Below the pieces are notes generated by a model. That model was given only the letters and a program-made list of their open reading frames with translations, did no database searches and was not told where the DNA came from. Both the position numbers and the translations under genes were made by a program. 64,000 nt of DNA from Actinomycetes bacterium. GTDB taxonomy: Bacteria; Actinomycetota; Acidimicrobiia; Acidimicrobiales; Ilumatobacteraceae. Shown one piece after another: positions 57,943 to 64,000 of the stretch. Every line of letters starts with the position of its first letter. The first letter of the stretch is position 1. The stretch is from NCBI GenBank assembly GCA_027491335.1, contig JAIXWJ010000008.1, positions 54,597 to 118,596 on the forward strand. The letters are read 5' to 3'.

Positions 57943-58892
57943 CACGCCGTCACGCTAGACGAGAGGCGAGCCCTGTTCACCGAGTCGAACGTCACGATCA
58001 CCAGCGCGATCCAGACCAGCGCGAATCCGACGATTCGGCTGGTGTTCAGCTCTTCGTGGTACACCAGCCAACCCAACAGGAAGTTGATGATGGGTACCGA
58101 GTACTGCATCGGTCCGAGGACGGTGAGGGGAAGTCTTTGCGACGCGTGCGCGAAGAGCAACAGCGGTATCGCCGTGATGACGCCCGTCAGGGCGACCAGG
58201 ACGAGTTCGGTCACGGAGGCCGAGCGGAACACCGAGTTCTCGTACTGGAAATGCCAGGCCACGAGTGCCGATGCGGGGACGATGAGCACGATCGTCTCCG
58301 ATGCGAGGCTTTCGAGGGGCGACAGCGGCACCTGGCGCTTCAACAGTCCGTACACCGACCACGTGGCGGCCATCGCCAATGCGTACACGGGAAGGCGTCC
58401 GTAACTGACGGTGAGCACCACGACGGCAACCGTTGCCAACGAGGCGCTGGCGATCTGCACCGGGCGCAATCGCTCGTGGAGAACCTTCACCCCGAGAAGC
58501 ATGGTGCCGAGCGGCGCGATGAAGTACCCGAGCGCGGCTTCGATGACCTTTCCCTCGTGGACCACGATCACGTAGGTGGTCCAGTTCACGGCGAGCAGCG
58601 CCGAGGCCAACGTGACCCGTCCCCACAGTGATTCGTCGCGAAGGCGTCGGAACAACGTTCGAAGACGCGACTTCAGGGCGAGTAGCGCGACGAGCAGCAC
58701 CACCGACATCACGATGCGGAACCCGATCAATTCGAGTGGCGCGAACTCCTTCAGGGCCTTCCAGTAGATGGTGATGAAACCCCAAAGAAGGTACGCGCTG
58801 ATGCCCGAGAGAACGCCACTTCGATCGGCTCCATCCGCGATGGGTCGGGTCCGGACGCGGTCGTTCGAGGCGAGATCGGCGTCGGTGGTCAC
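57942..58892 (-). CDS. rarD: EamA/DMT family transporter RarD
   Basis: GVLSGISAYLLWGFITIYWK N-terminal signature; 10 TM segments. GTG start preceded by GGAAGAAGG. Confidence 0.78.
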   Translation of the reverse strand: MTTDADLASNDRVRTRPIADGADRSGVLSGISAYLLWGFITIYWKALKEFAPLELIGFRIVMSVVLLVALLALKSRLRTLFRRLRDESLWGRVTLASALLAVNWTTYVIVVHEGKVIEAALGYFIAPLGTMLLGVKVLHERLRPVQIASASLATVAVVVLTVSYGRLPVYALAMAATWSVYGLLKRQVPLSPLESLASETIVLIVPASALVAWHFQYENSVFRSASVTELVLVALTGVITAIPLLLFAHASQRLPLTVLGPMQYSVPIINFLLGWLVYHEELNTSRIVGFALVWIALVIVTFDSVNRARLSSSVTA

Positions 58893-58949
58893 GCCTTCTT
58901 CCTAGCACTCGGCCGATCCAAACTCCGGTTCTCCACTAGCGTCGGGAGG

Positions 58950-60572
58950 GTGACGGGAATCGAGGCGTCCAGAGCGTGGAACGAGATGTTCGCCGTCGAA
59001 CGGTCGCGTTCGATCGCCGAACTCTTCGCATCCGATTCGGATCGTGTCGACAACCTCACGCTTCGCATGGGTGATCTGGTCGTCGACTTGTCCAAGAACC
59101 TCGTCGACGATCGCGCGATCGCGGCTTTGTTGCGGGTGGCATCCGAGGCTCGGGTGGAAGCGGCCATCGAGCGTTTGCTCGATGGGTCCATCGTGAATCT
59201 CACCGAGCAACGAGCGGCGGGGCACGCGTCGTTGCGTCGTCCGGAACATCTGCGGTCCTCGGTGAACGGGGTCGATGTGACCGCCGACGTCAACGAGGTG
59301 TTGGAACGAATGCGAAGCTTCGTGGCCGACGTTCATTCCGGGCGTCGAGTCGGCTCGACGGGTCGCCGATTGACGACCGTGGTGAACCTCGGAATCGGAG
59401 GAAGCGATCTGGGGCCCGCCATGGCCTACGAGGCCCTCAGGTCGTGTCGAGTCGCGGGCGTCGAGTGTCGGTTCGTCTCGAACGTGGACCCCGCGGATCT
59501 GGCGTCGAATCTGGTCGACTTGGACCCCGCCGAGACCCTCTTCGTTGTGGCCTCCAAGACGTTCACCACCGCCGAAACGTTGGCCAATGCTCGCGCCGCA
59601 CGGGAGTGGGTGATCGCCGCATTGGGTGAGAGAGCCACCGCGGCGCACTTCGTGGCGGTCAGCACGAACCTCGAGGCCGTGCGAGCCTTCGGCATCGCCG
59701 ACGACGAGATGTTCCCGTTCTGGGACTGGGTGGGTGGACGGTATTCGTTGTCGTCGGCCATCGGCCTGTCGCTCATGCTGGGCATCGGAGCCGATGCGTT
59801 CGACCAGATGCGAGCCGGTATGCACGCGATCGACGAGGCGGTGAGGTCCACCCCGGCATCGGCGAACGCCGCCGTGATGATGGCACTGATCGGAATCTGG
59901 AACCGCAACGTTCTCGGGTTGCCCACCAAAGCGGTGCTGCCGTACTCGCACGACCTACGACGGTTCCCGGCCTACCTTCAACAGCTCGACATGGAGTCGA
60001 ACGGCAAGACGGTTCGTGTCGACGGCACGCGGGCGCCGTACGAGACCGGCCCGATCGTGTGGGGCGAGCCGGGGACCAACTCGCAACACGCCTTCATGCA
60101 ATTGGTCCATCAGGGAACGACGGTCGTCCCCGTCGATTTCATCGGATTCGCCGAACCGAGTTCCGCGGCGGAGAACACGGGTGATCCCGATGACTCGCGG
60201 CATCGCACGCTGTTCCTCAACATGTTGGCCCAATCGCGGGCCTTGGCGTTCGGTCGATCGCTCAACGAGATTTCGGACGGTCCCTTCGCCGAACATCGCG
60301 TGTTCGATGGTGCTCGACCCTCCACCGTGATCGTGGCGCGTCGTCTCACGCCGTCGGTGTTGGGTCAGTTGGTGGCGTTGTACGAGCATGTCGTGCACGT
60401 GCAAGGCGTCATCTGGGGCATCAACAGCTTCGATCAATTCGGCGTGGAACTGGGCAAGGAGATGGCCGTCCAGTTGGCCTCGTCAGACGATGCCCACCGC
60501 GGAAGCGATCCGTCCACCCACTCTCTACTTCGTTGGTTTCACGGATCCGCGCTCGGGTCCGACGGAGGTTGA
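58950..60572 (+). CDS. pgi: Glucose-6-phosphate isomerase
   Basis: NLGIGGSDLGP, FVVASKTFTTAET, DWVGGRYSLSSAIG, ESNGK and GEPGTNSQHAF blocks. The GTG lies 7 nt after TAGCGT. Confidence 0.94.
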   Translation: MTGIEASRAWNEMFAVERSRSIAELFASDSDRVDNLTLRMGDLVVDLSKNLVDDRAIAALLRVASEARVEAAIERLLDGSIVNLTEQRAAGHASLRRPEHLRSSVNGVDVTADVNEVLERMRSFVADVHSGRRVGSTGRRLTTVVNLGIGGSDLGPAMAYEALRSCRVAGVECRFVSNVDPADLASNLVDLDPAETLFVVASKTFTTAETLANARAAREWVIAALGERATAAHFVAVSTNLEAVRAFGIADDEMFPFWDWVGGRYSLSSAIGLSLMLGIGADAFDQMRAGMHAIDEAVRSTPASANAAVMMALIGIWNRNVLGLPTKAVLPYSHDLRRFPAYLQQLDMESNGKTVRVDGTRAPYETGPIVWGEPGTNSQHAFMQLVHQGTTVVPVDFIGFAEPSSAAENTGDPDDSRHRTLFLNMLAQSRALAFGRSLNEISDGPFAEHRVFDGARPSTVIVARRLTPSVLGQLVALYEHVVHVQGVIWGINSFDQFGVELGKEMAVQLASSDDAHRGSDPSTHSLLRWFHGSALGSDGG

Positions 60573-60580
60573 GGGTCGCG

Positions 60581-61534
60581 ATGCATCAGTTGGAGCGGGT
60601 CACGAATCTCTTGACCCTGTTGTTGTCCGCTCGGCGGCACGTCACGTTCGACGAGATTCGCAACGAACTTCGTGGCCAATACCCCGACAACTTGGTCGCG
60701 GCCAGGGCCGCGTTCGAACGCGACAAGTCGCTTCTGCGCGATGAGGGCATTCCCATCGACTCGGTGGTGCTCGGGGGCGATCAGGCCGGAATGACCGGCT
60801 ACCGAATTCTGCGTTCCGAATACGAACTCGGCGACATCGATCTCGATCCCGACGAGGCCGCCGCGCTTCGAGTGGCGGTGTCCACCATTCGCATGGGCCA
60901 GTCGTGGGGCGTCGAGGCTCTCTGGAAGGTGGACCTGGAGTCGATGTCCGATCGAGGCGAGGGGGTCTCGCCGGTCATCGCGGCGAATCTTCCCGTGGAC
61001 CCGCGGCTTCCGTTCTTGCACCGTTCACTGGCCACGCGCTGCGTTGTCTCGTTCGAGTACAACGGCAAATCGCGCGAGGTCCAGCCCTACGGATTGTTGG
61101 CTCGCGACGGTTGGTGGTACCTCGTGGGGCACGAACGAAACATCGATGATCTGCGCACGTTTCGTGTCGATCGCATCTCGGGAGAGGTCGAGGTGGGCGC
61201 GGGTGGGGCGTACGACATTCCGGCGGATTTCGACGTGACCGCGGTTTTCCCCGCCGATCCGAAGCTTCTACCCGACAACGTCGACGTGGGTGCCGACGTG
61301 GCCGAGGTCCTGGTCGACGCGTCCGACGTTGGTGTGGTGTTGAACCTGTACGGCCCGGAAGCCGTGCTGTCGGAGCGCGGCGACGGTTCCATGGTCTTCG
61401 CGATTCCTTGTTCCAACGTGCGCGCCTTCGATCAATGGTTGTTGGGCTTCGTCGAACGCGCCGAAGTGTTGGCGCCTCCGCTGCTTCGTGAACACGTCAT
61501 CGACTGGCTCGATTCGATGGAGGCCCGCGCATGA
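60581..61534 (+). CDS. pafB: HTH-WYL transcriptional regulator, PafB-like
   Basis: MHQLERVTNLLTLLLSARRHVTFDEIRNEL...FERDKSLLRDEGIPI is colinear, from memory, with mycobacterial PafB. WYL-type region WWYLVGH. ATG preceded by GGAGG. Confidence 0.8.
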   Translation: MHQLERVTNLLTLLLSARRHVTFDEIRNELRGQYPDNLVAARAAFERDKSLLRDEGIPIDSVVLGGDQAGMTGYRILRSEYELGDIDLDPDEAAALRVAVSTIRMGQSWGVEALWKVDLESMSDRGEGVSPVIAANLPVDPRLPFLHRSLATRCVVSFEYNGKSREVQPYGLLARDGWWYLVGHERNIDDLRTFRVDRISGEVEVGAGGAYDIPADFDVTAVFPADPKLLPDNVDVGADVAEVLVDASDVGVVLNLYGPEAVLSERGDGSMVFAIPCSNVRAFDQWLLGFVERAEVLAPPLLREHVIDWLDSMEARA

Positions 61535-62484
61535 CCCGCCGTGGCCCGCGTCCGGTCAATCTGCGACTCCGTCGTCTGTTGGTCATGTTGCCGTGGCTTC
61601 AGGAGCGGGGAACCGTGTCCACCGCCGAGATGGCCGAGCACTTCGGCATGAGCGTCGACGACCTGATGGCCGACCTCACGTTGGCTTCGTTGTGCGGAGT
61701 GTCCCAAGACCCGCGCGATCTGATCGACCTGTGGGTCGACGAGGAAGCCGTGCATTTCGGCATTCCGAAGTACTTCAATCGGCCGTTGCGTCTCACGGCG
61801 CCGGAGGCCTTCAGCTTGGTCGCCTCGGCGCGCGCCGCGGGCAATCTCACGGGTTCCGAGGTGGGTGGAGCTTTGAATCGTGCGGTCGCCAAGGTCGCCG
61901 CGGCCATGGGAATCGACGACGTCGACGGACTGGTCGTCGAATTGGAAACTCCCGACCAGGTGAACGACTTCGTCCGGGCGGCCGAGGAAAGCCGGGAGGT
62001 CGTCATCGTTCATTGGTCCCCGGCCTCGGGTGAGTCGGTCGAGCGTCGTATCGCTCCGGTCGAAGTCTTCACGGAGTCCGATCATTGGTACGTGCGGGCC
62101 CTCGATCTCGGGGTGAATGCCGAACGCATCTTCCGACTCGATCGCATCGAGAGTCACTCGGTGGGTGAGGCTCGCGAACGCGTCGATCTGGGTCCTCGTC
62201 GTCCGTGGTTCGACGACTCGTCGGAGACGACGAAGGTGACCATCGAGATGGATCCGGCGTGGATGTGGGTGCTCGAGCAGTACCCGGGCGTCATGATCGA
62301 TGGCGACGCCAAGGCCAAGCGCAAGAACTGGGTGCGGGTATCGATGCCCGTCACCAGTGAGCGATGGTTGCAACGAGTTCTTCTGCGACTGGGGGGCAAC
62401 GCGCGGGTGGTGTCTCCCGCCGCATGGGTCGGGCTGGCCACCGACACCGCACGACTGGTGCGGGCGCGTTACGAAACGAAGTAG
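61531..62484 (+). CDS. pafC: HTH-WYL transcriptional regulator, PafC-like
   Basis: RLRRLLVMLPWLQERGTVSTAEMAEHFGMS...DLIDL...RPLRLTAPEAFSLV resembles PafC. WYL-type HWYVRA. ATGA overlap with pafB. Confidence 0.8.
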   Translation: MTRRGPRPVNLRLRRLLVMLPWLQERGTVSTAEMAEHFGMSVDDLMADLTLASLCGVSQDPRDLIDLWVDEEAVHFGIPKYFNRPLRLTAPEAFSLVASARAAGNLTGSEVGGALNRAVAKVAAAMGIDDVDGLVVELETPDQVNDFVRAAEESREVVIVHWSPASGESVERRIAPVEVFTESDHWYVRALDLGVNAERIFRLDRIESHSVGEARERVDLGPRRPWFDDSSETTKVTIEMDPAWMWVLEQYPGVMIDGDAKAKRKNWVRVSMPVTSERWLQRVLLRLGGNARVVSPAAWVGLATDTARLVRARYETK

Positions 62485-63050
62485 TCGCGCGTCTGATCGA
62501 TGGACACGATCGCGTGTTCACGCAGCAGATGGGGGAGAAGTTCCGCGGTGGCCCGAGCGTCGTGCAGGGCATCGTGGGCCTGGTCCAGCCGGATTCCGTA
62601 GTCCTCGCACAACGATCCGAGGCGGTGATTCTTGTGACGGTTGGGATCGAGTCGTCGTGACAAGTCGAGGGTGCACAGCACGCCGGCCCAGTCGAGTGAC
62701 ATGCCCACGGTGTCGGCGGCCGAACGCAGAAATCGGGTGTCGAATGGTGCGTTGTGGGCCACCACGATTCGGCCGGCGGTGAGATCCGCCAACGTGGTCA
62801 TGGCCCGGTTCAAGCGCGGTGCCAACAACAGGTGTCGACGTCCGATGCCGTGGATGTGTCGGGGTCCGAGATCGGCCGACATGAAGCGGGGTGGACGCAC
62901 GTGAGTGCTCCACTGGCGCGTGATGCGGCCGGTGTCGTCGGTGAGGACCACCGCCATCTGCAAGATGGTGTCGGTCGGTCGAAGGCCCGTGGTCTCCAAA
63001 TCGACCACGGCGTAGCCGGGATGATCGGAGAGGAACTCGGGTGAAGGCAT
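62469..63050 (-). CDS. DEDDh 3'-5' exonuclease (DnaQ/epsilon-like domain protein)
   Basis: Internal ATG (MPSPEFLSDHPGYAVVDLETTGL). Exo I DLETTG, Exo II VAHNAPFDTRFL, Exo III HDALHDARA. Its 3' end overlaps the pafC 3' end by 16 bp. Confidence 0.8.
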   Translation of the reverse strand: MPSPEFLSDHPGYAVVDLETTGLRPTDTILQMAVVLTDDTGRITRQWSTHVRPPRFMSADLGPRHIHGIGRRHLLLAPRLNRAMTTLADLTAGRIVVAHNAPFDTRFLRSAADTVGMSLDWAGVLCTLDLSRRLDPNRHKNHRLGSLCEDYGIRLDQAHDALHDARATAELLPHLLREHAIVSIDQTRDYFVS

Positions 63051-63081
63051 CGCCCTCACCTTAGGTCGGGGGTGTGGAAAG

Positions 63082-63396
63082 TCAGCTTGCGGAACGCAGG
63101 CCGCGAGCGCGCACACCGATCGGTGCGGCCACGGTGTATCCGGCCAAATGCCGCTCTTCCTCGGACTCGCCACCCCAGAAGCCGTACTCACGGTTGTCGC
63201 GAGCGAACACCTGGCACTTGTCGTTCACCGGGCAGGTGCGGCACAACAGGCGGGCTTGAGCTTCGCGCCGAACTCGGGCCTGCGGGCGTTCGGCCTTGGG
63301 AGGGAAGAAGAGGTTCGTCTTCCCTTTGCACACCGCGTGGTCCATCCAGTTGAGGGAAGTGGACAACTTCAGTTCGGACGACTCGATGGCTGACAC
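63082..63396 (-). CDS. whiB: WhiB family (Wbl) Fe-S transcriptional regulator
   Basis: Cys pattern AVCKG...CRTCPVNDKC followed by GFWGGESEEER. Start is GTG 63396 or ATG 63345. Confidence 0.87.
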   Translation of the reverse strand: MSAIESSELKLSTSLNWMDHAVCKGKTNLFFPPKAERPQARVRREAQARLLCRTCPVNDKCQVFARDNREYGFWGGESEEERHLAGYTVAAPIGVRARGLRSAS

Positions 63397-63487
63397 GGTG
63401 ACCGCCTATCTGCGAGGTGCTCGGTTGTGGGGGAAGAACTTGGGCGGCAGGGCCAGGAGGGGGGATTGGCCCTGCCGCACGCATTTA

Positions 63488-63516
63488 ACACTAAACACGA
63501 GAAGGGCCGTCGTCAA
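63488..63516 (-). promoter_or_regulatory. Putative sigma-A type promoter of whiB: TTGACG-N17-TAGTGT
   Basis: The minus strand reads TTGACG (63516-63511), a 17-nt spacer, then TAGTGT (63493-63488). Located in the only AT-rich patch of the phoH2-whiB spacer. Confidence 0.45.
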
Positions 63517-63587
63517 GAGAATTCTCGACTTCGGATGTTGCCCGTGTCACACGGGGCGGAGGGACCCCGGAGCAGGGGTTCGGCGGT

Positions 63588-64000
63588 TCAGAGAAGCTCG
63601 GCGGCCAACGAGGCGACTTCGCTGCGCTCGCAGGCGGTCAACGTGATGTGGCCGAAGCAGTGCTGACCACGAAAGGCACCGATGAGCACGGCCAGAGCGT
63701 TGTTCGACTCGCCGAGGTACGGCGCGTCGATCTGACTGGTGTCACCGGTGAAGATCACCTTGGTGCCCTCGCCAATGCGGGTGAGGATCGTCTTGAGGGT
63801 GGTTGGTTCGAGGTTCTGGGCCTCGTCGACGACCACGATCTGGCGATGCAACGAGCGACCGCGCAAGAAGGTGACGGACTCCAGCGACAGTTGATTGCGG
63901 GCGATCAGCTCGTCGATCATCGTGCGCGCCTCACGGTTGGACCGCTGATCGGTCAGAGCAACGATGGCGTCGTGGATGGCCGACATCCAGGGGTCCAGTT
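63588..64000 (-). CDS. PhoH-like ATPase, C-terminal part (probably PhoH2 type; N-terminus outside the window)
   Basis: VVVDEAQNLEPTTLKTILTRIGEGTKVIFTGDTSQID (Walker B and downstream PhoH block). The ORF is open to the window edge. Confidence 0.8.
   Translation of the reverse strand, partial: LDPWMSAIHDAIVALTDQRSNREARTMIDELIARNQLSLESVTFLRGRSLHRQIVVVDEAQNLEPTTLKTILTRIGEGTKVIFTGDTSQIDAPYLGESNNALAVLIGAFRGQHCFGHITLTACERSEVASLAAELL

Noticed and set aside
63517-63530. GTCGAGAATT (minus strand) upstream of whiB matches the first 10 nt of the tandem repeat unit upstream of the coxL-like gene.
   Set aside because: A single 10-nt match is within chance expectation, and its orientation relative to the downstream gene differs between the two loci.
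63427-63666. A plus-strand 79-aa ORF preceded by a strong AGGAGG in the phoH2-whiB spacer.
   Set aside because: The AGGAGG is the complement of the C-rich loop of the minus-strand hairpin. The ORF runs antisense into phoH2 and has low-complexity Arg/Ser/Gly content.

Overview
High-G+C chromosomal segment (G+C judged by eye, not computed) that is almost certainly Actinomycetota. The evidence is WhiB, a PafB/PafC pair, bS22-like and bL37-like ribosomal micro-ORFs, an LAxTG sorting signal, and the conserved blocks mfd-mazG-eno-ftsB, pth-rplY-prs-glmU-tRNA-Gln and ispE-rsmA-x-tatD-metG. I support about 66 protein genes, most with start codons re-picked from the ORF track, plus 2 tRNAs (Gln-TTG, Leu-TAA), one strong hairpin terminator and several short repeat or palindrome elements. 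Coding density is very high. The window is mostly core housekeeping, interrupted by metabolic and accessory modules:
- a DUF35/thiolase trio;
- a split form-II CoxSML-like molybdenum hydroxylase set interrupted by an ABC-2 exporter and a LarA-like/binding-protein pair;
- a small tRNA-Leu-adjacent islet (methyltransferase, divergent PanB paralog, alkyl sulfatase);
- peptidases, a Liv-type ABC importer, and cell-envelope genes.

I found no CRISPR array, transposase, integrase or recognisable defence operon, and no convincing multi-gene novel system. The most noteworthy observations are:
1. two ultra-basic ribosomal micro-ORFs, one of them absent from the ORF track;
2. a glmU that ends about 100 codons early, lacking the acetyltransferase catalytic half;
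3. a perfect 19+19 bp palindrome in the metG/thioesterase divergent promoter;
4. many genes with a TANNNT hexamer 6-8 nt before the start codon, suggesting leaderless transcripts and refining starts;
5. tandem or direct repeats upstream of the coxL-like and thiolase genes;
6. pafBC detached from pafA and converging on a DEDDh exonuclease-whiB-phoH2 string;
7. a whiB leader hairpin with a C-rich CCUCCU loop.

All family assignments come from motif recognition by eye. No alignments or searches were run.
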